From Longimicrobiales bacterium (GTDB taxonomy: Bacteria > Gemmatimonadota > Gemmatimonadetes > Longimicrobiales > Gaopeijiaceae): 64,000 bases of DNA. Positions 29,507 to 40,973 of the stretch are shown here, one piece after another (position 1 is the stretch's first letter; every line of letters begins with the position of its first letter). The DNA lies in the NCBI GenBank assembly GCA_963664435.2, contig CAXXKM010000003.1:928001-992000 (forward strand), given 5' to 3'. The position numbers were made by a program, and so were the translations under genes. The notes beneath the pieces are model-generated. The model ran no database searches. It was not told where the DNA came from and saw only the letters and a program-made list of their open reading frames with translations.

Positions 29507-30271
29507 CTACCCCGCCAGCACCGCTCCGCCGTTCACGTTGAGGATCTCACCCGTGACGTGCCGGCCCAGCTCGGAGCAGAGGAAGACCACGGGGCCCGCC
29601 ACGTCCTCGGCGGTGGCGATGCGCCCGATCGGAATGGAGGCGGCGATGCGCTCCCGGCCGCCGTTGCGGAAGGCGGTGGCCGACATCTCGGTGTCCACCC
29701 AACCCGGCGCGACGCAGTTGACCGTGATGCCCCGGGGCGCGAGCTCGATGCAGAAGCTCTTTACGAACGAGCCCATCGCACCCTTGGCCGCCGCGTAGTC
29801 GGCGTGGAACGCCTCCCCCCGCTGTCCGGCCGTGCTGCCGATGAGTACGAGCCGGCCGTCCGCGCGCAGAACGCGAGCAGCGCTCCGGCAGGTGTAGAAG
29901 ACCGAGTGCAGGTCGGCCGCCATGGTCTCGTGCCAGCGCTCGTCGCTGATGTCGGACACGGGCGTGTCGGCGGTCGGCCAGATCCCGTGGTTGCCGACAA
30001 AGATGTCGAGACCGTCGAACTCCCGCACCGCGCGCGCGAACAGGCCGTCGACGGCTTCCGGCCGGGACAGATCGCCGCCCGCGGCCCAGGCGCCCACGCC
30101 GTGGCGGCGCACCTCGTCCGCCACGGCCTCCGCTTCGTCGCGGCGGCTCCGGTACGCGATGCCCACGGATGCCCCGGCCCGCGCCAACTGCAGCGCGACC
30201 GCCCTTCCGACGCCGCGGGAGGCGCCCGTGACCAGGGCGTTCCGGCCACGCAGATCGATCAGATCGTTCAT
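29507..30271 (-). CDS. SDR oxidoreductase (FabG-like)
   Basis: TGASRGVG, YAAAK and VAPGWVDT. Confidence 0.9.
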   Translation of the reverse strand: MNDLIDLRGRNALVTGASRGVGRAVALQLARAGASVGIAYRSRRDEAEAVADEVRRHGVGAWAAGGDLSRPEAVDGLFARAVREFDGLDIFVGNHGIWPTADTPVSDISDERWHETMAADLHSVFYTCRSAARVLRADGRLVLIGSTAGQRGEAFHADYAAAKGAMGSFVKSFCIELAPRGITVNCVAPGWVDTEMSATAFRNGGRERIAASIPIGRIATAEDVAGPVVFLCSELGRHVTGEILNVNGGAVLAG

Positions 30272-30463
30272 CCGACTCCATCCTTTCGTCCGGGTCTCCG
30301 AATCCCGCAGGGGGCTCCACCCGGGCACGCGCGCATATTGCTCGGTTTGCTGTTGAGTGGCCGGACCCGGATGCCAGGCCGGACCCGGCGGACAGAGCGG
30401 ACGAATTATCGTGACATGGCTCCGTCTTCGGTAGTCTCGCGCCGAGTGATGTCGCGTCGGCCG

Positions 30464-33214
<2,751 letters not shown>

Positions 33215-33658
33215 GGGGCGAAGCTCCCGCTTTCTGATGACGTTTCTGAACGGGTCGTTGCCGCCGCGGTCACAAGTCCTCGGCAGCCGGGACCGACGGC
33301 CGGGACCGACGGCCGGGTCGGCGGAGTCGAAGCATCGGTCCCCCGTTGGGCTCATGTCCGGCCCTGCCGGGCGTTTTACTTGCGCAAACCCCGCCAGGAT
33401 CCCATTGTGACGGATTGCTTTACCATTTTGTCCCTGCCGTTCAGTGTTGCGGGGCCCCTTCCCGCGATGGCGGGAAAGCCTTCCCCGACCGCCCGGCCCG
33501 TTGTTCCCCCCAGCCGTGGTCACCGCCGAGGAGCAGCTATCGACTGATCCGATACCGAACCAGACAACGGCCCCTCCGGGGACGCACGGCACGCTCCGCG
33601 TGCACGGCGAGCCCGGTCGAGCGTTCTTCCAGCAGGTTCACTCCAGGAAGGAGGCAAT

Positions 33659-34006
33659 GTGGACAAGAATTTTGCAATTGGAACCGTCGTGGTCGCCGTC
33701 GCGCTGCTTGTTCTCGGCTACGTCGAGGGCGCGGTAGGTGTCGGAGAAGCGGCCAACCTTGACCTCAACGGAATCCTTGGCCTCCTCTTTGCCGGAGCAT
33801 TCTACACTCTTGTCCTTGGCTGGAGGGGCGTGGGCAACGCCCAGGACGGCTTCAAGGGCGGAGCAGTGCTCGGCGCTGTGATGAGCTTGATGAGCAATGG
33901 CATCATGAGCGGCGATGCAGTGATGGCACTCGTGGTTGCGGCGGTTGTGACGGGTATAGTCGGTGCCGTGCTGGGTGTTCTCGCAGCCAGAGGAAGCTCC
34001 GGCTGA
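33659..34006 (+). CDS. 4-TM membrane protein, paralog of 24129-24530
   Basis: AAGGAGG SD; MDKNF..LGY..LGWRGVGNAQDGFKGGAVLGAV. Confidence 0.7.
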   Translation: MDKNFAIGTVVVAVALLVLGYVEGAVGVGEAANLDLNGILGLLFAGAFYTLVLGWRGVGNAQDGFKGGAVLGAVMSLMSNGIMSGDAVMALVVAAVVTGIVGAVLGVLAARGSSG

Positions 34007-34223
34007 TCTCAATCCCTTAGGACGACGGCGGCCGCGGCCCGCAGGGGCCGCCCATACGCTCGGGGCGCGGCCGCCGATCCATCTTCCCCCGCCATACCAT
34101 GTGTTCGGGGGCCCTCTCCTTCCCGGCCTTTCGGTCCTTCGGCTTGCCTCGATGACCCGCCTCGGGTAGCGTGCGCCATCTTCCGATTCGCGTGCGCCGC
34201 TTCTCAAGGACAGGAGTCGCATC

Positions 34224-35675
34224 ATGTCTCTCTCGCCCCGGTTTGCGGCCGTCGCCCTGGCCGCGTTTTCCGCCCTGGCCGCCGCAGGATGCGGCCCCGT
34301 CTCCCAGGCTTCGCCGGCAGCAACCGGTTCCGACGGACCCTCCCATCCAGGGGTCGACGCCGTGTTCGCCGACCTGGACCGGGACGGCCCGGGGGCGGCG
34401 GTGGGAGTCCTGGTCGGGGGCGAAGTGGTTCATCGCGCGGGATACGGCATCGCGCACCTCGATCACGGCGTCCCCATTACACCGGAGACAGTGTTCGACA
34501 TCGCCTCCATCTCCAAGCAGTTCGGGGCGATGGCCGCGCTCCTCCTCGAAAGCGACGGCATGCTGAACCTCGACGAGGACGTGCGCGCCTACGTCCCCGA
34601 ACTCCCCGACTTCGGAGTCCGGATCACGCCGCGGCATCTCATCCATCACACCAGCGGGATTCGCGACTGGGTGCACGTCATGTCGCTCGCAGGGCTGGAG
34701 AGGAGCGACGTCATCTCCTTCGACAGGATCCTGCGCATGCTCTTCGAGCAGCAGGCGGTCAACTTCGATCCCGGCGCCGAGTACGCGTACTCCAACACCG
34801 GCTACAACCTGCTCGCCCGGGTCATCGAGGCGCAGTCGGGGATGAGCTTCCGGGAGTTCACCCGGCAGCGCATCTTCGAGCCCCTGGGAATGAATCGCAC
34901 GCACTTCTCGGACGATCATCTTGAGGTGGTGCCGGGTCGGGCCGAGTCGTATGCGCCCGACGGAGCCGCGGGCTTCGTGCGCCAGCCCAACCAGCTGACC
35001 GCGCTGGCTTCCAGTTCGCTCAACACCACCATCGACGACTTCATCCTGTGGATGCGCAACTACGAGACCGGCGAAGTCGGCGGCGAGGAGTTGGTGAGGA
35101 CCATGCGCGAACAGGGCGTGCTCACGGACGGCGAGACGCTGGCCTACGCGCACGGGCTCACGATCGGCCGATACCGCGGGCTGCCCAACTTCGGCCACGG
35201 CGGCTCGTGGGCCGGATACCGCACCAACTTCGTGCGCTTCCCGGAGCAGGATCTGTCGATCGCCGTGTTCTGCAACGTGTCGGATTGCGACCCGTCCGGG
35301 CGCGCACTGCGGGTCGCGGAGGTGTTCGCCGGGGAGCTGATGGGCCCGCCACCCGAGCCGGTTGGCACCGCCGAAATCACCGACGCCCCGCCGGCCACGC
35401 CGGCGGAAGCCCAACTGCGCGAATACGCCGGGCACTACCGGAGCCCCGAGATCGACATGACCTACGAGATCGCGGTTGACGGCGGCAGCCTGGTCGCCCG
35501 CCACTGGCGCACCGAACCGGCGGTGCTGGCGCCGACCGGCGAGGACGCCTTCTCCGGCGACCCGCGCCGCTTCCCGGAGCTCCGCTTCCGGCGGGACGGA
35601 TCGGGCCGGGTGGTGGCCTTCACGGTCACCGGGGGGCGCGTGCGCGACCTGATCTTCGAGCGGGTGGGGGGATAG
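34224..35675 (+). CDS. serine hydrolase, beta-lactamase family lipoprotein
   Basis: ASISKQF, HHTSGIRD, YSNTGY and HGGSWAGY. Confidence 0.9.
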   Translation: MSLSPRFAAVALAAFSALAAAGCGPVSQASPAATGSDGPSHPGVDAVFADLDRDGPGAAVGVLVGGEVVHRAGYGIAHLDHGVPITPETVFDIASISKQFGAMAALLLESDGMLNLDEDVRAYVPELPDFGVRITPRHLIHHTSGIRDWVHVMSLAGLERSDVISFDRILRMLFEQQAVNFDPGAEYAYSNTGYNLLARVIEAQSGMSFREFTRQRIFEPLGMNRTHFSDDHLEVVPGRAESYAPDGAAGFVRQPNQLTALASSSLNTTIDDFILWMRNYETGEVGGEELVRTMREQGVLTDGETLAYAHGLTIGRYRGLPNFGHGGSWAGYRTNFVRFPEQDLSIAVFCNVSDCDPSGRALRVAEVFAGELMGPPPEPVGTAEITDAPPATPAEAQLREYAGHYRSPEIDMTYEIAVDGGSLVARHWRTEPAVLAPTGEDAFSGDPRRFPELRFRRDGSGRVVAFTVTGGRVRDLIFERVGG

Positions 35676-35709
35676 GTCGAGTGGCCCTCCCCCGAAGCGG
35701 GCGCTTCCG

Positions 35710-36486
35710 CTAAGCCAGCCCGCCGTCCACGAGCAGGCTTTCGCCGGTGACGTAGGACGACGCGTCCGAGATCAGGAAGGCCACCGCCTCGGCCACCTCG
35801 CGGGTGCGCGCGGGCCGGCCGGCGGGGATGGTGGCGCGCGTGGCCTCATCGACCGGGTAGCTGTCCACGTAGCCGGGCAGGACGTCGTTCATGCGGATGC
35901 CGTCGGCGGCGTGGCGCGTGGCGTACATGCGGGTGAAGGCGCCCAGCCCCGCCCGGATCGCCGACGAGATCGGGAAGGCGGCGGTCGGCTGCTTCGCCCC
36001 GAAGGTGGAGATGTTCACGATGGAGCCCCCGCCCCCGGCCTTCAGGATGGGCGTGACCAAGCGGCTCATGCGCACGACGTTGAGGAGCAGCAGATCCAGA
36101 CCGTCGTGCCACGCGCGGTCGGCGAGGGCGAGCAGGTCGCCGCGCGCGGCGTGCCCGGTGTTGTTGACCACCCCGTCCAGGCGACCGAAGCGGTCGAGCG
36201 CGCCGTCCACCAGGCGGGCCAGGTCGTCCGGTTCGGTTACCGACCCCCGGATGCCCCATCCCCCCAGCCGCCCCGCCAGCTCGCGCGCCTCCGCCGACCG
36301 CGACATGAGCGCCACCCGGTAGCCGCGCTCGGTGAGCACCTCGGCACAGGCCGCCCCCATCCCCCGGCCGGCCGCGGTGACCAGCGCGACGGGCGCACCG
36401 GTGGACCCGACGGGCACATCGCTGGACCCGACGGGCGCCCCGGTGGGTCTCCCGGGCGCGCCGGTGGAGCTGCCGGGCGCACTCAC
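35710..36486 (-). CDS. atypical SDR oxidoreductase
   Basis: TAAGRGMG, VNNTGH, SSAIR and VTGESLLVDGG; start uncertain, N-terminus has an imperfect 7-aa repeat. Confidence 0.8.
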   Translation of the reverse strand: MSAPGSSTGAPGRPTGAPVGSSDVPVGSTGAPVALVTAAGRGMGAACAEVLTERGYRVALMSRSAEARELAGRLGGWGIRGSVTEPDDLARLVDGALDRFGRLDGVVNNTGHAARGDLLALADRAWHDGLDLLLLNVVRMSRLVTPILKAGGGGSIVNISTFGAKQPTAAFPISSAIRAGLGAFTRMYATRHAADGIRMNDVLPGYVDSYPVDEATRATIPAGRPARTREVAEAVAFLISDASSYVTGESLLVDGGLA

Positions 36487-36642
36487 GGGACGCGCACCCG
36501 CGAGAAGGCCCGCCCGACCCGCGCCCGGCCACGCAGACTCGGCCGGTGGGCCGGCGACCCGGGTGAACGCGCGAATCCTCCGCCGGGTAGGAGCGTATCG
36601 GGAGTTGGATTCCCATCCCGCCACCCACAACCGGACGGAACG

Positions 36643-37008
36643 GTGCGCAAGCTCCTTCTCGCACTCGGCATCAACGCGGCCGCGCTCTGGGCGGCGGCGG
36701 AACTGGTCGCGGGCATCCAGCTCGGCGACCGGTTCGAGGAGGTCGTGGTGGTCGCGGCGATCTTCGCGCTGGTAAACGCCTTCATCAGGCCGGTGGTGAA
36801 GTTCTTCGCCTTCCCCGTCATCCTCCTCACCCTGGGACTCTTCACCCTCGTCATCAACGCAGGCATGCTCATGCTCGCCGACTGGCTGGCGGACGGTCTG
36901 GTCGTGGCCGGATTCACGTCGGCTCTCCTGGGCAGCCTGGTCATCTCGTTCGTGAGCGTGGTGCTGGGGTCCGTCCTGGACGTGAAGGGGAAGCGGAAGC
37001 GGAAATAG
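36643..37008 (+). CDS. 4-TM phage-holin superfamily IV / YvlD-like membrane protein
   Basis: LVNAFIRP..PVILLTLGLFTLVINA..GFTSALLGSL. Confidence 0.85.
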   Translation: MRKLLLALGINAAALWAAAELVAGIQLGDRFEEVVVVAAIFALVNAFIRPVVKFFAFPVILLTLGLFTLVINAGMLMLADWLADGLVVAGFTSALLGSLVISFVSVVLGSVLDVKGKRKRK

Positions 37009-37096
37009 CGGCGGTCGGCAAGGCTCGCGCACGTTCGTGCCGAACGCGACGATTCCGCCATCGGTGCGTCGAACCAGCTTCGGCCGGACATCCCGA

Positions 37097-37657
37097 TCAC
37101 GGTACGACCGGATAGTACCACACCCGCTGGATGAGCCCGTCGCGCACGTGGTAGACGGCGAGCGAGGCCTGCGACCGCGCCTCCCCGTCCGGGGCCGTCC
37201 AGGATGCCCGTTCGCGCACCGCGACGAAGTCCCCGGTGACCATCGTGTCTTCGATCTCCGACCGCACCGTGGGCTGTGCCTCGAAGTAGGTCGCCATGTA
37301 GTCGCGCAGCATCTCCCGGCCGCGAACCTCGACCGAGGTGATGCTCCCCTGCACGTTCACCCACTCCACGGCGGGCGACACCCACGCCAACAGATCCTCG
37401 GCGTCGTGCCGGTTGAAGGCATCCATGTGCCCCTGCACCACCGTCAGGGGCCCGTCAACCTCGGCATCGCCCTCCGAATCGGACGGCGCCCCGCACGCGG
37501 CGCCGGCTCCACCGGCCGCGAGGGCCGCGCCGACCGCGAGCAACATCGCCGGAGCCCTTCTGCGCACGCGGTCCCCGATCGGCCTCCGCCCGCGCAATCC
37601 GGGATCCCGGTTCCGATGATGCCGATTTCGTCCGGGTTCCGCCGCGCTCCCGCTCAT
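37097..37657 (-). CDS. SnoaL/NTF2-like protein
   Basis: HMDAFNRHD..GDFVAVRE..AVYHVRDGLIQRVW; ATGA overlap with the HAD gene stop. Confidence 0.8.
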   Translation of the reverse strand: MSGSAAEPGRNRHHRNRDPGLRGRRPIGDRVRRRAPAMLLAVGAALAAGGAGAACGAPSDSEGDAEVDGPLTVVQGHMDAFNRHDAEDLLAWVSPAVEWVNVQGSITSVEVRGREMLRDYMATYFEAQPTVRSEIEDTMVTGDFVAVRERASWTAPDGEARSQASLAVYHVRDGLIQRVWYYPVVP

Positions 37658-38358
37658 CCGTCGTCCTCTCCCAGAACCATCTCCGCCAGCGACCGCAGAT
37701 CCGGCACCTCCAGATCGGGACGGGCGCTCACCGGCATGGTAGCCCCCGATCCGCCATGGGGGGAGACCCGGTTCACATGCACCGTGGCGAATCCGAGGCG
37801 TTTTGCCGGGGCGACGTCGTGGAACAGGCTCTGGGCGACATGCAGGATGGCATCGGTCGGCAGGGCGAGCCGCCTGAGCGCCAGCTCGAAGTTGCGCGCA
37901 TCGGGCTTGTAACTGCCCACCTGCTGGGCCGTGACGACTTCGTCGAATTCGACCCCCAGGCGGCGCTGCGAGAAGGCGAACAGGTCGTCGTCCACGTTCG
38001 AGATCACCGCCAGGCGATAGCGCGACGCGAGGATGCGCAGCGCATCAACGGTGTCGTCGAAGGGAGACCAGCGCGCGACCGACTCGGGAAGCGAAGCGCG
38101 TTCTCCGGGGCTGGGGACGAACCCCAGCGCGCGCCCGAACTCGTCCACCACCCGGGAGAGCACATCGCGGTAGGTGCGGTATGGACCGGCCTGGATGGAC
38201 GACTCGAAACGAGCGAAGTGCTCCAGGATCTCCGCGGGAGTCAGTTCGCGGCCGTGCGCGACCAGCACCCGCTGGACGGCCTCCAGAATCCCGCTCTCCC
38301 AGTCGATGAGCGTCCCGTAGCAATCGAAGGTGAGGACCTCGAAGGAGGAGAGTTTCAT
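37654..38358 (-). CDS. haloacid dehalogenase type II family hydrolase
   Basis: TFDCYGTLIDWE, ISNVDD, GSYKP and HVAQSLFHD. Confidence 0.9.
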   Translation of the reverse strand: MKLSSFEVLTFDCYGTLIDWESGILEAVQRVLVAHGRELTPAEILEHFARFESSIQAGPYRTYRDVLSRVVDEFGRALGFVPSPGERASLPESVARWSPFDDTVDALRILASRYRLAVISNVDDDLFAFSQRRLGVEFDEVVTAQQVGSYKPDARNFELALRRLALPTDAILHVAQSLFHDVAPAKRLGFATVHVNRVSPHGGSGATMPVSARPDLEVPDLRSLAEMVLGEDDG

Positions 38359-38371
38359 CGCTTGCACCGCC

Positions 38372-38599
38372 TCATCGCTTTCTCTGCGCGCGCCGTTGCC
38401 GCGAGCGCGCCACGGCCTCCCCTACCAGCGGCCCGGCCAACCCGCCGATGGTGCCGCCCAGGACCATCATGAACCCCAGCGGCCCGAGGGTCGGGACCAG
38501 GCCCACCCCCGAGCTGATCGCCTGGTAGACGCTCGCCACCCCGAAGGCGAGCGCGCCCGTCAGGAACCCGATCAGGGTGCGTCGCACGATTCGGTTCAT
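38372..38599 (-). CDS. small 2-TM membrane protein
   Basis: Two hydrophobic helices, basic tail; ATGA overlap with the cytochrome c stop. Confidence 0.65.
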   Translation of the reverse strand: MNRIVRRTLIGFLTGALAFGVASVYQAISSGVGLVPTLGPLGFMMVLGGTIGGLAGPLVGEAVARSRQRRAQRKR

Positions 38600-38979
38600 C
38601 GACCCTCTCCCGTTGTGGTCTGTTCAAGGACTGCGCCGCCCTCGCCCGATCCGTCGGCCAGCCCGCGCGTCTCGAGCAGATAGCGCGCGGTCGCCTGGTA
38701 CTCCGCATCGGTCATGGTTCCGGGGGCCTCGTAGGGCATCGCCAGCCGCAGGTATCGAGTCAGCGTCGCCTCGTCAGAGCGGGACGCCAGGGTCTCGGCG
38801 GTGATCGCGGCCCCGACCTGCCCCTCCACGTCGTGGCAGAAGGCGCACCGCTGGGCGTACACGAGGGCGCCGTCGACCTCGGGGGCATCGCTGCAGCCCA
38901 CCAGCAGTGCGGCGGTGGAGAGGGCAGCCCCGGCCAGGACAGGTGGCACGATCGTTCGCCGCCGGCCCGTCATCGCCAT
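38596..38979 (-). CDS. monoheme cytochrome c lipoprotein
   Basis: CAFCH, MPYEAPG methionine ligand, lipobox LVGC, GGAGGT SD. Confidence 0.85.
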   Translation of the reverse strand: MAMTGRRRTIVPPVLAGAALSTAALLVGCSDAPEVDGALVYAQRCAFCHDVEGQVGAAITAETLASRSDEATLTRYLRLAMPYEAPGTMTDAEYQATARYLLETRGLADGSGEGGAVLEQTTTGEGR

Positions 38980-39118
38980 CCGGCCATCACCTCCAGCCGG
39001 CCCATCGCCGCCGGCATCCACACTTCCCTGCCCGTCACCGGCAGCGGCCCGCGATCCCCAACCAACCTGTCACCTCGACTCGGTGCGGTTGATCGCATCC
39101 GCCGCGCTCCCCCCAACC

Positions 39119-40372
39119 TCAACTCACCTCGACCGGGTGCGGAAGCGCCAGGTTGAGCAGATAGCCCTTCTGGTTCCAGACTGCTTCCATGGGCTGGGTG
39201 TTCCCGGCCGCGTCGGTCGCGCGGGTCCGCAGCGTGTAGGCGCCGGGCGCGGCCTGCCACTCGAACTCGAAGCGCATCCAGGCGTAGCGCAGGCGAGGTC
39301 CTATCAGGCGGGCGGGCGACCAGCTGGCCCCGTCGTCCGCGCTCCATTCCACCGACTCGATGGGGCCGTCGTTCGAGTAGGCGAAGCCGCGGATCCGTTG
39401 CCGGCCGACGGTTACGCTCGCCGGCCACGGGAGCGCCAGCGCGCTCTTCACGGGCAGCGTCGTGACCGGGGCTCCGTCGGCGGGCGCGTACCGCTCGGCC
39501 GGCCAGTCCGGGCCGATCAGGACGTACGAGCTGGTGTTGGCCCGCACCCAGACCGGCTCGGTGGACACCTGGATCTCCCCCACCCACTTGATGCTGTTGC
39601 TCCCGGCCCAGCCGGGGACAACCCCGCGCACGGGGAATCCGTGGTCGGGGGGCAGTGGCTCGCCGTTCATCGACAGCGCGAGCAGGGTGTCCGGGTCCAT
39701 CGCCTTGGCGACATCCATGGGCCGGCTGAAGCCTCCGTCGTCGAGGCCCACGAGGTTCACCGCCACCGCCTCCGGCCGCAGTCCGGCCGCCTCGAGCACC
39801 CCCGCCAGCGACGGCCCCGACCACGCCGCGCATCCGACCGCCCCCGTGCTCCACTGCGTGCCCTCGGCCGCCTGTCCCGTCACGCGCGCGTAGAAGCCGC
39901 GCCAGTTGCCTGCGCACTCCAGGTACGCGACCACCGACTGGCTCGGCAGGGCGCGCAGGTCGTCGAGGCCGAGCTCGATGCTCCGTTCGATGCCGTCGCC
40001 CGTGACCCGCAGCCGGTAGTCGTCGGCCGCGATCGCCGGGGTCGGGGCGTGGTTGCGCACGAAGAAGAGGTCGTTGGGGGTGATCAGCCCGTCCAGCAGC
40101 TCCAGCCGGCTCTCGAGGTTGGTGGCGTGGCGGATGAAGGGATCGGGATCCTTGACCCATGCTGTATCGATTTCCGGATCGACGGCACCGGTCTCGGAGC
40201 GGCACCCCGGCAGAAGGGCCGATGCCCCGCCCGCGGCCAGGAGCGCCCCGAACTGGCGGCGGGAGAGCGTTGCGTCCGCCAGAACGGACCACGGCTGCGC
40301 GCCCGCCTCCCCCCGGGTTGCCGCCGATTCACCTTTGATCGCGGCGTCCCGCAACCCCGGTCCGACGCTCAC
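39119..40372 (-). CDS. Tat-exported sulfite oxidase family molybdoenzyme
   Basis: SRRQF Tat motif; FFVRNH, LECAGN (Mo-ligand Cys), DHGFPVR, SIKW and WNQKGY; GTG start overlaps the upstream stop (GTGA). Confidence 0.88.
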   Translation of the reverse strand: MSVGPGLRDAAIKGESAATRGEAGAQPWSVLADATLSRRQFGALLAAGGASALLPGCRSETGAVDPEIDTAWVKDPDPFIRHATNLESRLELLDGLITPNDLFFVRNHAPTPAIAADDYRLRVTGDGIERSIELGLDDLRALPSQSVVAYLECAGNWRGFYARVTGQAAEGTQWSTGAVGCAAWSGPSLAGVLEAAGLRPEAVAVNLVGLDDGGFSRPMDVAKAMDPDTLLALSMNGEPLPPDHGFPVRGVVPGWAGSNSIKWVGEIQVSTEPVWVRANTSSYVLIGPDWPAERYAPADGAPVTTLPVKSALALPWPASVTVGRQRIRGFAYSNDGPIESVEWSADDGASWSPARLIGPRLRYAWMRFEFEWQAAPGAYTLRTRATDAAGNTQPMEAVWNQKGYLLNLALPHPVEVS

Positions 40373-40827
40373 GACACGATCTCGATTTCGAGTTCGGTGG
40401 AGAACTCGACGCACCCGACCATGGTTCGGTAGACCGGACAATACGGATGGTGAACATCGTGCGCCCGCCGCGCCTGCTCTTCCTTTCCGGCCTCCATTCT
40501 CAGGTGGTAGCGCACATGAACGGTGCGAATCACGAGCACCCCGTCCTCCTTGTCGATGCCTCCCTCGACTTCCGAGGTCAGGCGATCCTGCCCTGCCGGT
40601 ATCCCGCGCGCCTCCAGCGCGCCGCCAAGGGTGCCCGTGAGTCAGCCGCCGGCCGCCGCCACGATGTAGTCGAGGGTGGTGGCCACCGGGGTCTCGGGCT
40701 CGACGCCGTAGTGGCTGGCGATCTCGCTGTGCACCCCGAACAGGACCGGGTCGTGGGTGGCGGGAAGATGCGCGTGGCGCAGCGGACCCTGCTTGCGCTC
40801 GATGCGAACTCTGGAGGTGTAGACCAC
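40369..40827 (-). CDS. OsmC/Ohr-family selenoprotein, 152 aa, Sec62
   Basis: AGGAGA SD. DYIVAAAGG-UGA-LTGTLGGALEARG continues in frame for 90 codons, including the resolving motif HPYCPVYRT. Hairpin downstream of the UGA. Confidence 0.82.
40603..40631 (-). promoter_or_regulatory. putative SECIS of the OsmC-like gene
   Basis: mRNA CCC-UUGGCG-GCGCGC-UGGAG-GCGCGC-GGG at +11 to +39 after the UGA (40644-40642). Confidence 0.6.
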
Positions 40828-40863
40828 GGCGTTTTCTCCTATGCCGGCAATTGTCCGGCGGCT

Positions 40864-40942
40864 GGCGGGTTGCGGGGCTGCGGACGGTTCAGGGGATTCC
40901 GGGCGGGTTGCGGGCTGGGCGTTTCAGGGGATTCCCGGCGGG
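40864..40942. repeat. imperfect 35-38-bp tandem duplication upstream of the OsmC-like gene
   Basis: GGCGGGTTGCGGG..TTCAGGGGATTCC at 40864 and 40902. Confidence 0.7.
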
Positions 40943-40973
40943 CGGCCGTGCGACCTGGACGGCGTCGGCACGG

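Noticed and set aside
33215..33658. Riboswitch upstream of the TonB receptor at 33214
   Set aside because: The spacer is long and GC-rich, but I could not find cobalamin or TPP consensus blocks. An Rfam scan would settle it.
36643..37008. Prophage, suggested by the holin-family gene
   Set aside because: This family is commonly chromosomal, and there are no other phage genes.
40373..40441. Track start (40441) for the sulfite-oxidase-family gene
   Set aside because: It lies inside the read-through OsmC frame; the GTG at 40372 gives a standard 4-nt overlap.
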